Below, in pieces: positions 31,267-54,700 of a stretch of 64,000 nt of DNA. The notes below the pieces were generated by a model that saw nothing but the letters and a program-made list of their open reading frames with translations, had not been told where the DNA came from and did not search any database. The stretch's first letter is position 1, and each line of letters starts with the position of its first letter. The position numbers and the translations under genes are program-made. Origin of the DNA: the human T2T-CHM13v2.0 reference genome, Homo sapiens; NCBI RefSeq assembly GCF_009914755.1, contig NC_060938.1; one strand, 5' to 3'.

Positions 31267-32410
31267 GTGACAGGGTCTTGCTGTGTTGCCCAGGCTGGTC
31301 TCAAACTCTTGGCCTCCAGTGATACTCCTGCCTCAGCCTCCCAAAGTGCTAGGATTACAGGCATGAGCCATTGTGCCCAGCTGATTTTTATATTTCTATT
31401 TGTTTCTGTTTTATACTTCCAAGCTATCTGCCAAAATTATCAGTCTTGTCTTTTACCTCCTTTAACATAGTATGTGTAATTATCTTAAAGTCCATGTTCA
31501 ATTATGGCAATCTGTTAGTTGTTTCCAGTGTCTGTTTCTGTTGATTTTCATTCATATTGTCTTGTCTCCTTATGTGCCTAGTGTTTTTTTTAATGTGTGG
31601 TAAACATCATATTTGCAAAATTATTTGTAGGAATAATTTGAGGCCTAAGATGATGCTTTTTTCTTCCAGAGATAATTAATATCTGCTGTTATAAGGCACA
31701 TGGGAGCACTTACAATTGGCGTTGCCTTCAGTACAGTTTCAGGGATTGAAATATCTCTAAGCTGAGCTGCAGTTCTTGTGAAGACAAACCTGTTCTGTTC
31801 ACTTTTCCTCCTAATGTTCTCTTCTTCACCAGCACCTTTACTCTCCACCCCAGCGCCAATCTTTTAGCATTCCCTTCAGAATTGATAAACACCCTTCAGG
31901 AAAATTAGCCTCAAACACTGAGCTCACTTTCTCAGGCTCTGACTTGCTTTCCTCCCCCGTGCCTCCAAGCAGGTATTTCTTACATTTTTCCCAGCGTTTC
32001 TAGTTCTTTTTAGATGGAGGATTGTTCTGATTGTTCTGATTAGTCCACAGTTACTATCAGTAAAAGTCCCTGATTTTTGCATTTTCAGGAACAGTTTGAG
32101 TCAATATTCAATTCTGGAGATTCATGCTACCAGGTTATGGAAGCTGTAGAGAACAGTGACACCTATTTTCTTGTGTTCTGTCCTAATTGTATTAGATTAT
32201 CTCTGCCAGTTTGTGAAATGCTTTTGGAATCAAGATAACTTTAAGAATAAGTCTTTAACTCCTCTTAATAAATAATTAATTGAAAAAAATAGCAGTTTAG
32301 CTCAGGTCATTAAAACAAAAGATTTGGGGGGCAGGTACTTTTATCTCCTTTCCATGGTTCCTTTCTCCTGTCTTGATTTCCTTATTTATTTGATAAAAAT
32401 TATGCTCTAA

Positions 32411-33526
<1,116 letters not shown>

Positions 33527-34540
33527 TTAAGTCAGTCATTTTTTACACAGATTTTTAAAATTGCTACAGTTTAACCTGGTTCTCCATTGCAGACTGCTTA
33601 TAGTTGAATACCTATACGTGTATATTTACCTGTACCTGAAGTACTTGGCTTTAGTACATGGATTTAAATGAATCCAGGGGGACTTTTCATTACCTTTGTT
33701 GTCAGTTGATTTGATTTGATTATTTATAAGCAATTTGGTTTACCTATGATAACACTTTCCTTTTTGTTCAGTCCTAAATTTTTAAAATGAAAGTAACGTA
33801 TTATTTCTCTTGATAGATACTGTCATGAGAGTACGTAGATATGACCTATTGCTAAAAGTCTAGAATGTAATATCCAAACTGTGTTCCTTTTGGAGCATCT
33901 CAGGAAGCCATAACGCTGGAGATGCATTCTAACAAGTGAGCTAAACACTCGAGGCACATGTCCACTTATTTTAGCAAAAAAGTACTATTGAATCGACTTA
34001 TTCAAATAAAGAAGTCTAAGTCTCAGTTTTTCTTTATTTTCTAGACTACTGCCTGAATTCTTGTTTCTCTTTTTCTAACAGACTCTATGTATTTTCATAT
34101 TTTCATTGAGAAATCGTTTTTTGAAGGCTTACTGTTGTCTGGTACTGGATTAGATGGGGTAAGGAGGTGTAAGGAACTAGACACTCCCATCCCCCACTCT
34201 CACCGCCCATACACAAATAATCCCCATACCTAAAAGATTTACAGAAACTTACTAAATCTTTCTGCAGTTGCTAAAAAAAAAACAACAACAAAAAAACCCA
34301 CCCACATATACACAATATGCAATCTATTTCTGCTTATATATTCGAGTCATTTATCTATTGGGAACATTCTCTTCTGTGAACATTTTCCCTATCTGCTTTT
34401 TTTAAAGATTTAGATACAGAAGTTAAAAAAATTTTAGGTCATTAAGTTTTGTTCCTGATGATTTTTCCATATTTCTGACATTTAAGTTATTGTTTTTCTA
34501 GAATTTTAATTATTAAACTTTTTTTTTTCAGTTATATGTG

Positions 34541-35212
<672 letters not shown>

Positions 35213-35994
35213 TAACAGTTTTAAAAATTCATTCTTCAAATGGTCTGAAATATGAGATGGAGACTTAAATTATATTTTTCTCAAAATTGCTGGTCAGATA
35301 CTTGATCATATCAGTAGTTTATGTGGTAGAGATAACAGCAACATTTTCTGGGTTGGACGGCCGTGCAGGCATCTGGATCCCAACATCCCGGGGTGCATGG
35401 TTGTGGCTGGTAATGCCTACATGAGTGAGAATCACCTCTAATTCTCAGAAAGTTACCTGCCTCCCCCGGGGCCAGCCTTGTACATGTGAGGCATGGCCAG
35501 TCCAGCCTGTCAACAGGTCTGGTTACGAGCCAAGAACCGCTTCATCTGGGCCAAGGGCACTTTATTGATATTGGAGTTCTACAGAATGCAGTGTGATTAC
35601 AGAATACAGTATAAAATACACAGGTACAAACAGTCTCCATTTCTCACCCTTAGCCTATACTAGCTATCACAGTTGGGTCCAAATATATTTCTGAACCCAG
35701 TGCTGCAAATTGCAGGTACGGGGCATTTCCTAAGGTGGCTTTTGTAAGGGCTATAGGGATTCCGTGTGTATCTTTCCAGGCTCTCTTGTTCTGTCTGCCT
35801 GTTTTTAGGCCTATGCCATTACCATATTTACCTTGTGGGCAGTGATTTTAATTTGAGCGGCATCATTGATTAATGTTATTTTGAATTTTGCTGGTTTGGT
35901 GATTTTGTTTGTATTTAATTTATAAGTTTGTTTTTTGCTTATCTAGTTATATAAACATAAGACATTTAAACTTAGTTTTATAGTTGTGTATATA

Positions 35995-36495
35995 AGCTGG
36001 GTGTGGTGTCACATGCCTGTAATCCCAGCTACTCGGGAGGCTGAGCAGAAGGATGGCTTGAGGCCAAAAGTTTGAGACCGGCGGCGGTGGGCAACATATT
36101 GAGATCCTATCTCAAAAAAAAAAAAAAGTGTAGGCATCTGCTTTTTAGGCTTTTGGCTAGCACTTCTGTTGATTAAGAAAAATAATAGGCCAGGCATGGT
36201 GACTCACACCTGTAATCCCAGCACTTTGGGAGTTTGAGGCAGTGGATTGATCACCTGAGGTCAGGAGTTGGAGACCAGCTTGGCTAACATGGTGAAACCC
36301 CATCTCTACTAAAAATACAAAAATTAGCCAGGCGTGGTGGCGGGCGCCTGTAATCCCATCTACTTGGGAGGCTGAGGCAGAAGAATTGCTTGAACCCGGG
36401 ATGGGGAGGTTGCAGGAGCCGAGATCATGTCATTGCACTCCGGCCTGGGCAACAGAGTGAAACTGTCTCAAAAATAAAATTAAAAAAAAGAAAAG
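35995..36495 (+). mobile_element. FLAM/Alu monomer plus AluS
   Basis: Alu consensus. Confidence 0.85.
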
Positions 36496-36611
36496 TAACA
36501 ATTATATATATAAGCTGAATGAATATAAATTAAATCATATTGTTTCACATACAGATTTTTCCCCTTTAAAGAGAATATGTGTACTGCCCATGTTTGAGGA
36601 ACCTTGCAGTA

Positions 36612-36953
36612 GACTTACCCTGGAGATACAGTGGGTGCACAATAAAGCAGTAAAGCAAATATTGTAAGAAAGCAAGTCACATGAATTTTTTTGTTTCCAA
36701 GTGCATATAGAAGTTATGTTTACACTATACCATAGTCTGTTAAGTATGCAGTAGCACTATGTCTAGAAAATGTACATACCTTCATTAGAAAATACCTTAT
36801 TGCTTAAAAATGCTAGCAAAGTGAGCATAGGGTATTGGAAAAAATGATGTCAATAGATTTGCTCAGGGCAGTTGCTACAAACCTTCAATTGGTAAAAAAC
36901 GCAATACCTGTGAAGCTCAATAAAGTGAAGCCCAATGAAACGAGGTCTGTCTG
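36612..36953. mobile_element. Internally deleted Tigger1-type element
   Basis: aagcaagtcacatgaatttttt..gtgcatat..aaaccttcaatt..caataaagtgaagcccaatgaaacgagg. Confidence 0.7.
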
Positions 36954-39633
36954 GATAAGCTTGATGAAGGGACTCTTGAGTTGCCACATGAATGTATCGC
37001 AAGTGCTGCAGTAAGAGTGGTGGTAACTCAGGGGAAAGCACTTCCAGCTGATGTCGGGGTGAGGGTGAGAAGAGTGGCCGGTCCCTTCATGAAACAGTTA
37101 AGGAGAGTATGAAAACAGAATGGTATGATATAAAGAAGACAATACAGATAAGCATTGATCCTGCTCTTTACAGATAACCACATCAAACCTGTGGTGTAGT
37201 TCCTTTATCATTCCCAGGTACAAGTGAAACATTTTTACAAAATTGAAAGTGTACTGTATATTTGTATTGGGCATTGTACATTTGATATATGTGCACTTCC
37301 CCCTTACTAAATATTCTTTGAAAACAGCTAAATATTCTTTGAAAACAGTTAAAATAGCTGAATAATAGTCTGTCAGATGGTATACTATAATTTATTCGTA
37401 ATATATATTTTAATGGTATTTTTGGGACCAAAGGGTATAAACATTTTAAAGGCTATCAATATATACTACCAGAATGTTAATTTTAAAGAAGAAGAAGATA
37501 AAGTTAGTGAATAGAAGTTTAATCCTAGAGGTTTAACTTGGAGGTTCTCCCAAAAACAAGCACCAAAGGAAGGACTTTGGAAAGGAATCAGGAGAGAGAA
37601 GTAAATGGGGTTAAGAGGGAGAGCGGGGGGAAAAAATACTGTACTTTGAAATGGTGTAGTTCTGTCTGCTCACCAGGGGAGGGAGCCCTGTTCCCAGTTC
37701 CTCTGTGAGCGATTCATACGAAGATGCATTGTCTTTGTCTTTAGGGCTGTGTGAAAGACATCTACTCTTCAGTTTGCAGTTAATGTAGGTATGTAAAGGG
37801 ACTTCTTAAAAAGAATTTGAGTTAGATTTAAAATGTTTTAGTTTAATTTAACCCCTGTATACTGAGCAGCCTGGGTTTTAGAGTCAGACCTGGATTCTGC
37901 CCCAGAGGTACTACTTATCAGCTGACTTTTAGCAATTTACGTAACCTTTATGAGCCTCCGTTTTTCTCAAGTATAAATGAGGACAGTTCACTTTCTTCAG
38001 AGGGTTTTGTGAGGATCAAATGAGAATACATGAGAAGTTCTCAGCTTATGATATTCAGTAAAGGTTAGTTATCTGCCCTACTCCACCCCACCCCAGCCTC
38101 ACCACCCTGTATTTATTTTCTAGGGTTTATCTTCCATGAGGATATGGGACAGTTCTGGTTTCAAATATTCTGCCCTTTTGTCAGATGACTATATGACTTC
38201 ATATGTGATAAATTTTGGTTTAGAAACTGCAGTTGCTATTGATGCATCACCTTCTAAGAAAGATCCAGTGACATTCTCTATGAAAGATGAAATAGACAAA
38301 AGAAAGATAAAACAGGAGACATAATATTTGGACGTAGAGGCGATAATTGTACCAGAAAACTTAGGTTAAGAAAGAGTTACTTCAGTCGAGCACACTTAGC
38401 TGTGAAATTCATGGAAGTCATGACAGAAAGGGAAACATGAGCCAGTGTGTGCCTCTCCTTGGGTAATAAAGGAGAGACATGCCATTTTATAGCTCTAAAG
38501 GTGTGTTTCCTATGGAACTTAAAGAGACAGTGGACCTTACAAGAGCTTGGTTTTGGCAGCCGCCTACACCCTTCTCCAGTCCTTTTCCCATGTATTTGTC
38601 CTGGGCCTCTTCTTTAAAAGGTTCCAGCACTCTCAACCATTCTCTGGGTCCTGCCTGCTGCTCTGCTGCTTTTGTGGAGCTGTGTTTATTGCACTTATCT
38701 TCTCTTCTCCCTTCTCTCTCAAAGAATTCTTAAATAAGAAAAGATCTGTTGCTAAATCATGCAAGTTGATCTCAGTCTAGCTGCTTCCTTTTCCTCTTTA
38801 CCTTGCTAACTTCTTAGCCTTCAAATCTTATTTGAAACATCACTTCCTCAGGGAGGCAGCCTTTGACCCTTAGCCTAGCTGAGGGCCCTTTCCTGTTAAT
38901 TACCTTTGTGATATCCCATATTTCCTCTTCTGTAACTGTTTATATGTATGTAATTACTTAAAATTTCCCTGATCTACTGAAGGCTTTATAAAGGCAGAGA
39001 TTATGCTTGTTTTGATCTCTGCTAGAACCCCAGAACCCCAAGCACTGGTACTTGGCACTTGGTAGATGTTTAATAAAACATTGACACTGCCACCTGTACC
39101 TAAGATGGATAGTTGATCGTGGCATTCATCCCAGTTTGGCATGGATCCTTCTAAGGACAGCATTTCAGGTGGCCACCCCCAAATCGTAGAAGCTAGCATC
39201 CAAGCAAAAGCTATTTTATTATGTGCTTAATGACTTAATGCATTACTGAGGTGTCAGTGATTTAGTCTGTTGTGTCCTTACTGCTGCCATAAGACATGAT
39301 TTGTTTGGTGATGTGTGGATGGGTATTTTTTTCTGTGATTTCTTTGTAAGGACGTTATCCACTGTAACCCTTAGTATCCCAGATGTTTCTCAAACTTGAA
39401 TATGTGTAGGAATCACTGGAGGGATGTGTATGTATGTATGTGTCTTTCCAAAATGGAGACCCCAGCCCCATCCCCAAGGATGAATGAATGCTTTTCTTTC
39501 TTTTTTAAATTAATAGACTTTGTATTTTAGAACAGTTTTAGATTTATAGAAAAATTGAGAAGGTTGTACAGAGAGTTCCTATACACCTCCTGCACACATA
39601 TAGTTTCTCCTGTTAATTAACATCTTATATTAG

Positions 39634-41385
<1,752 letters not shown>

Positions 41386-41789
41386 CTACCAGCTGAGATT
41401 TCTAAGAGGACAGCTTCAGGGTCCCGTTTATGAGCATTTTCTTTCCTGGGAAGAAGGAAAATGCTCTCCTCAATTTGTATCATTAAGGAAAAATCAAACA
41501 GTAAGCAACAGACTGAATCAGATAGTGTCCCAATTAGAGGAGCAGCGCTAGGAAGGGAACCAGCTGGTGCCTTCACAAGATCAGAGTGATATGCTTCAGA
41601 GTGTCCAAGGCTATGGGTGATGAGGCAGCATGACTGTGAAGTGCACATATGGTAATAATTGCACAAATATTTATTGAGTTCACTGTGCAGATTTCTGGAC
41701 TATGAATTGAAGACATGGTTTTCTACACATGTAGCCTAGTTCCAAGGAGATAGAGCATAAGTACGTGCAATTCAGCATGTCTACAACTG

Positions 41790-44160
<2,371 letters not shown>

Positions 44161-44689
44161 ACAACAACTGAACTCACTGTGTTCCTTCCCAGACTTGTCT
44201 TTTTTCAGAACCTTTATTCCCAGAGAGACACACTTTGTGATCCAAAATAGAAACCTGGAGGTGTGATGGAGTGTCTCGGTTCCCTCCTGTCACATCCAGG
44301 TGTCTTTTATCATTTCTTCTTCCTTAAAAATCTCTTCTCTTTGTCCCCATCTCCCCAGGGCCGTGATACTTATTTAAGTCAGGTCTTCATCGTTATTAAA
44401 ACACCATAATTATATTCCACTTTTGTTTTCTACCTCTTAAAATGTCTCCTCTGTGCTTTGTTGTTAGTACTCAAATCTGAGTTAATATTTTCTTCTTAGG
44501 TTTCTTGAGGATATTCCCATATCTTTATAATAAAGTCATAACTCCTAGAGAGTATGCAAAGTCTTGCATGAGCTAACCTCTTTCATGACTCTCCAGATTA
44601 ATCTCTTCTGTTTTCCTGTTATAAGGAACCCACCCTCACATATTTTTTATACATCTTTTACCTTGTATATAATATTCGTCCTGATTGTA

Positions 44690-44795
44690 GTGCCACATTT
44701 CAAGTGATCAACAGTTACATGGTGGCTATCATATTGGACAGCACAGATTATAGACCATTTTCATTATTGTGGAAAGTTCTAATAGACAGTGCTGG
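44690..44795. mobile_element. MER3-like fragment
   Basis: gccacatttcaagtg..atattggacagcacag..ggaaagttctaatagacagtgctg. Confidence 0.65.
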
Positions 44796-45996
44796 TCTAA
44801 TACCTGACATAGCTTACTGTGGCACTCAGTAAATATCTGTTAAATGAATGAATGTAATCATAGCTGTTATCTGTGGCAGGCGTTCACCCAGCTCCTGCTT
44901 TTATACTTGTAGTAGTAAGTCAGTCCGTGGATTATGAGGCAATTTATTGAATTACTAAACTAGCCCTAGTTATTTCTTCCTTCTTCTTATACTCAGCTAG
45001 TATTTGCTTCTCTGAAATTTCTACTGTTGACCCAACTTCTGCATAATCCAAAACAACACCCAAGAATTAAAATATGGCAATCATTTCCCCCAAGTCTTCT
45101 CTAGGTTAAACACTTTGCTTACTTAAGCTTTGTATAACATGGTCAGAGTCATCCATGAAGGCTGGAGTCAGCTTTTTCCAAATTCCTGTTAATGTTGATA
45201 GTTTGACCTCCTCCCTGAATCACAAATATTCTTAATGACATCTAGAATGGTGAATATTTTCAGAAGGTTTTCAATTTACTTTGCTCAGATTCATCTTCTG
45301 GCATATACTAGGGTATCAGCGAAGTTCAGAAAACTTGCTTAACAATAAGTTATTTATTTCCAGTGTTCGCTCTTTTTTAATTTTAATTTTTATTGTAAAA
45401 ACATTAAACCCACTGTCTTAACCATTTTTAAGTGTACAGTTCATTAGCGTTAAGTATATGCACATTGTTGTCCAGTAGATCTCTAGAACTTTTTCATCTT
45501 GCGAAACTGAAACTCTAAACCCCATTAAACACTAATTCCCACTTTCCCTCTCCTGACAGCCCTTGGCACCTACCTTTCTTCTTTCCGTTTCTATGATTTT
45601 GACTACTTTAAATACTTAAACTGAGTGAAATCATATAGCATTTGTCCCTTTGTGACTGGCTAATTTCACTTAGCATAATGTCCTTGAGGTTCATCCATGT
45701 TGTAGCATGTGATCAGATACCCTTTTTTAAAGGCTGCAAAATATTATACTCTATATATATATAGAGAGAGAGATGCTACTTTTTAAACATTCATTCATTC
45801 GTCAGTGGAATTTGGGTTGCTTCCACTCCTGGCTATTGTGAATAATTCTGCAGTGAGCATGAGTATGCAGATATCTCTTCAAGATCCTACTTTGCATTCT
45901 TTGGATACATACCCGGAAATGGTTCTGGATATATATATAGAGAGAGAGGGGGTGTGTATGTGTGTGTACCCAATTGTATATATAGCTGTATATATA

Positions 45997-47000
45997 TAAT
46001 TGACCCTTGAACAACATGGGTTTGAACTATGCTGATCTGCTTATATGCAGATTTTTTTCAGTAAATATGTTGGAAAAATTTTTTGGAGATTTGTGACAAT
46101 TTGAAAGAAACTTGGAGATGAACTGCCACCCCCTGAGGCAGCAAGATCAACCCCTCCCTCCTCTTCAGCCTCTCAACACAAAGACAAGGATGAAGACATT
46201 TATGATTATCCATTTCCACTTAGTGAATAGTAAATATATTTTCTCTTGTGAGTTTCTTAATAACATTTTCTTTCTCTAGCTTATTTTAATTTAACCCTTT
46301 TCCTGTTTAGAAAAAGTACAGCTCGCTGCCAGTGCTCATTTAATTTTACATAAACACACTCTTTGAGGCTGAAGCAAATCTGATTGATTTTCTATGTGAA
46401 AATAAAATATAAAAACTGTTCTTGGAGTTATTTCTAAACAAAGTAACATCAGAATCATCTGAATCATCAGAATCGTCTATTTTAGAAAAATCAGATTCAT
46501 CAAATGAATCTTTGGCCAACAACTGAGAATGATGTTAACATCACACATAGGAATGTGGTGTTTTCTAGGATTTGGCATTTTCAGCGATTGAGAATTACTA
46601 TATTTTGTAAATGGAAATAACACTGCTAAAAACAGAATGCTATAAATAGAATGATGTCTTTTGTTTCCAAAGTTGATATACTAGAGCAATGCGAAAATAA
46701 TAATAAAAGCAAGGTATTTCGTGGCAAAGTTATCTCGGGGTAAACGCAGCAACCACAGGCGCTGCCAGCAAGTATGCTTGGGGCAAAGGGGAAAAGGGTT
46801 AAGAATACAGTATATATAATACATACATGTAACTTATAAAAGATGTGTTAATTGACTGTTTATGTTATCAGTAAGGCTTCCAGTCAACAGTAGGCTATTA
46901 GTAGTTAAGATTTTGGGGATTCAAAGTTATACATAAATATTCAGCTGTGTGGTGGGAGGGTGGGAGTTTGCACCCTAACCCCTGCATTGTTTGAGGGTCA

Positions 47001-47004
<4 letters not shown>
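45997..47004. mobile_element. Tigger2-derived element, interrupted by MER75
   Basis: TIRs ttgacccttgaacaa.. and ..ttgtttgagggtcaact, flanked by TA- and TG-rich runs. Confidence 0.8.
46295..46798 (-). mobile_element. MER75 piggyBac-family MITE, full length
   Basis: TTAA TSDs at 46291-46294 and 46799-46802; TIRs CCCTTTTCC..GGAAAAGGG; 504 bp. Confidence 0.9.

Positions 47005-47041
<37 letters not shown>
47005..47041. repeat. (TG)n microsatellite
   Basis: Perfect TG run. Confidence 0.95.
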
Positions 47042-47043
<2 letters not shown>

Positions 47044-48060
47044 AGTGATTGCTGCATCATATGGTAATTTTATTTTTAATTTTAGAAAATGGCTATACCA
47101 TTTCACACTTCCACCAACTGTGCACAGTGGTTCCAGTTTCTCTGCATCCTTGCCAGCAGTTATTTTCTGTTCTTCTGATAATGCTATCCTAATGGGTGTG
47201 AAGTGGTATCTCATTGTGGTTTTGATTTGCTTTTCTCTTATAATTACTGATGTTGAACATCTTTTCATATGCTTCTTGGTTGTGTGTATATCTTCTTTGG
47301 AGAATTACCTGTTCAAGTCACTTGCTCATTTATTAAATGGGTCGTTTTTTTCATTGTTGAGCTATAGGAGTCCCTTATATATTCTGGATATTAATCATTT
47401 ACCATATATGTGATTTGCAAATATTTTTTCCCACTTTGTAGGTTGTCTTTTCACTTTGTTGATTGTTTTCTTTTGTGCAGAAGTTTTAAATATGATTTAG
47501 TCTCATTTGTCTATTTTTGCTGTTGGTATTATATTCAGGACATCATTGTCAAATCAAATGTCTTGAAACTTTTCCGCCACGTTTTCTTTTAGGAGTGTTA
47601 TAGGTGTTATGTTTAGGTCTTTAATCCATTTTTAGTTAATCTTTGTGTATGGTGTAAGGTAAGGATCTAACCTCATTCTTTGGCATATGAATATTCAGTT
47701 TTCCTAACACTGTTTGTTGAAAAGTCTGTCTTTTCTTCATTGTGTACTCTTTGTGCCCTTGTTGAAGATTATTTGACCATACATGCAAATGGACATCATT
47801 GCCTTATTTCTTCTGATCTTAGGGGAAAATCTTTCATCCTTTCACTATTGAGTATGATGTTAACTGTGAGCTTTTCCTATCTGGCTTTTATTATGTTGAG
47901 GTAGTTTCCTCTATTCTGAGTTTTTTGAGTGTTTTGTTTTGTTTTGTTATCATGAAAGGGTGTTGAATTTTGTCATATGCATTTTTTTGTATTAATTGAG
48001 ATGATTATATGGTTTTTGTCCTTCATTTGTTAATGTATTGCGTTGATTTTTGTATGTTGA

Positions 48061-48225
<165 letters not shown>

Positions 48226-48324
48226 TGAGTAGCTGGGACTACAGGCACGTGCCACCACGCCTGGCTAATTTTTTTTTATTTTTAGTAGAGACAGGGTTTC
48301 ACGGTGTTAGCCAAAATGGTCTCA

Positions 48325-48429
<105 letters not shown>

Positions 48430-51400
48430 TCAGTTTGTTAGTATTTTGTTAAGGACTCCTTCATCGGTATTCATCAGATATTGGTTTGTAGTTTTCTTAT
48501 TTTGTCTTTGTCTGGTTTTGGTATCAGATTAATGCTGACCTAATAGAATGAGTTTGGGAGTGTTCCCTCATCTTCAATTCTTCGGAAGAGTTTGAGGATT
48601 GATGTTAATTCTTATTTAAATGTTTGGAAAAATTCTCCAGTGAAGACATCTTTCTTTGTTGAGAGGTTTTTGATTACTGCTTCAATTTCTTTATTAATTA
48701 TAAGTCTTTTCAGATTGTTTCTTTCTTTCTTTTTTTTTTTTTTTTTTTTTTTTGACTTAGAGTTCCATCCTTGTTGCCCAGGCTGGAGTGCAATGGCGCA
48801 GTCTTCCCTCACTGCAGCCTCTGCTTCTGGGTTCAAGCGATTCTTCTGCCTCAGCCTCCCAAGTAGCTGGGATTACAGGTGCCCGCCACCATGCCCGACT
48901 AATTTTTTTGTATTTTTAGTAGAGACGGAGTTTCACCATGTTGGCCAGGCTGGTCTCGAGCTCCTGACCTCAGGTGATCTGCCTGCCTCAGCTTCCCAAA
49001 GTGTTGGGATTACAGGTGTGAGCCACTGTGCCCAGCCCAGATTTTTTTATTTCTTCAGTCTTGGTAGGTTGTATATTTTTAGGAATTTGTCAGTTTCTTT
49101 TAAGTTGTATCCAGTTTGGAATTACAGGTGTGAGCCACTACACCCAGCCTTTTGGCTTTTTTTTTTTTTTTTTTTTTTTTTTGTACTTTCAGCCTATTTG
49201 TGTCTTAAGATCTACAGTGGATCTATTGTAGACAGCATATAGTTGGATTCTGGTTTTCTATCCATTCAACCAATCTATGTCTTTTAATTGGACTTTAATC
49301 CATTTACATTAAAGTAATTACTGATTGGGAAGGATTTACTATTATTTTGTTAATAGTTTTTCTGTATGCCTTGTAGCTTTTTGTCTCTCATTTCTTCTCT
49401 TGTTGCTGCTTTTGTGTTTTATTGATTTTTTTTGTAGTGACATATTTTGATTCCCTTATCATTTCCCATTGTATGTATTCTATAGATATTTTACTTGTGA
49501 TTACCATTACAATTACATAAAACATCTTAAAGTTATAACAATCTACTTCAAACTAATAACAACTTCCTTTCTGTTGCGTTAAAAACTCTACTCCTTTACA
49601 TCCCTGTCCACCCCGTTATGTTATTGATAATACAAATTACCTTTTTTATTTCATATCCATTAACAGACTTATAGTTACTTTTTATCTTTTGTTTTTAAAA
49701 TTCTATACTGTTTAAAAGTTATTTACTCACCTACATTACAATACTATAGGATTCTATATTTGTCTACATATTTACCTTTACCAGGGAGTTTTGTATATTC
49801 TCATGGTTTCATGATGCTATTTAACATCTTTTCATTTCAACTTGACGTCCCTTTAGCATTTCTAGTAGGGGAGGTTTAGTGTCAGCTTTTATTTATCTGA
49901 AAGAAGGGAAAAAAGTCTTCATTTCTCCTTCCTTCATTTTGAAGGACAGTTTTGCTGCATGTAGTATTCTTATTTGACAGTTATTTTTTCCTTTCAGCAC
50001 TTTGAATATATCATCCCACTCCCTTCTGGCCTGCAAGATTCCTACTTAGAAATTATTTGATAATCTTATAGGAGCTTCCTTATACATGAAGAGTCACCTT
50101 TCTCTTGCTGCTTTCAGGATTCTCTTTTTGTCTGTGACTTTTGGCAGTTTGGTTATTACGTGTGTTAGTATGCGTGTCTGGATTTATTCTATTTGGAGTT
50201 TTTTTAACCTTGAATTTGTGTCTCCATGGCTTTCCTCAGAGTTGAGAAGTTTTAGGCTCTCTGCCTCTTTGTCTTTTTCTTTGTATTCTGAGATGTCCAT
50301 TATTTACATGTTATTTCACTGGATGGTAGTCGATAAGTTCTTTGAGGTTCTCTTCACCTTTCTTTATTCTTTTTTCGTTTTATCCCTCTGACTCAGTAAT
50401 TTCAAATGTCTTGACTTTGAGTTCGGTGGTTCTGTCCTCTGCCTAGTTAAGTGCTTTTGAACCCCTCTAGTTAATTTTTCAATTGGCTCTTCATAGTTTT
50501 TCTTTGTTGATATTCTCATTTTGTTTATGCATTGTTTTCCTGATTTCTTTAGTTTTCTATCTGTGTTGTCTTTTAGTTCATTGAGCATCCTTACAGTGGC
50601 TATTTTGAATTCTTTGGTAATTCATATAAATCTATTTAGGGTTAGTTTCTGGAGATTTAACTTGTGGTTTTGATTGGGCCATGTTTCCCTGTTTCTTTGT
50701 ATACCTTATTATCTTTTGTTGAGACTTGAGTATTTGAAAAAACAGCACCCCTCCCAGTCCTTACAATCTGGCTTTGTACAGGGAGAGATCATCACCAGTC
50801 AACTTTACTAGATAATCTGGAGAACTCTCAAGCCTTTTCTTGGGTTGAGTCTTCTCTATGCATGTAATACCCTAGTTGAGGTTTACCTATTTGTACTCAG
50901 GATTTTCACTTCCCGATTTCCATCTGTGGTACTGTTTCCTCTCTGGTGCTGTGGCAAGCCTTGGTACTGGAGTTCTCCCTAGCGTCTGTCAGTGGTACTG
51001 CACACTCTCTGGTGCTACAGCCAGTTGCAGTGATCTTTGTTTTCAGTGGCTTCCAACCTGGTGCCCACTTCTGTCTTAGATTCAGTTAAGAAACCAGTCC
51101 CTCAGGTAGCTTCCCCCCTCCCCCACCACCCCATCAAAGTGAGAACATTGAATGTGTGCTCTACTTTTATCTTTTCATCCAAGAAAGAAGGGATTTGGGA
51201 TTTTTTTTTTTTTTCCAATGGTGCTATGCTGTGCTGGGGAGAGGCTGTGGAAAGTATATGCCATGAACTTTTCTGCTGGCTTTCATGAGGTTCTTCTTGG
51301 CATACTTGGGGTACAGAAACCTCTTAACTGGTTTCTGGATTTCTCACAGAGGCCATCTAACATTGTTAATTCATCTCCATAGGGGAAGGAGGATCTGGTG

Positions 51401-51574
51401 TTTTCTATTCCATCATCTTCCTGTGCTCTCTCTTTTGGAGTCAACCTTCTCTGGGAACTAATTTAATCCCTTTATATAGTTCATGAAATGTGATAAAATG
51501 TGAACTCTGAGTTCAAAAGTGCAACTTGGTAAGGGGACTTCAATTCTATTTCTCAATTAACATAAATAGTAAAA

Positions 51575-54700
<3,126 letters not shown>

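Noticed and set aside
48592-49242. 216-aa ORF and similar [12 protein letters not shown] / [15 protein letters not shown] ORFs across the window
   Set aside because: Alu and L1 translation artefacts
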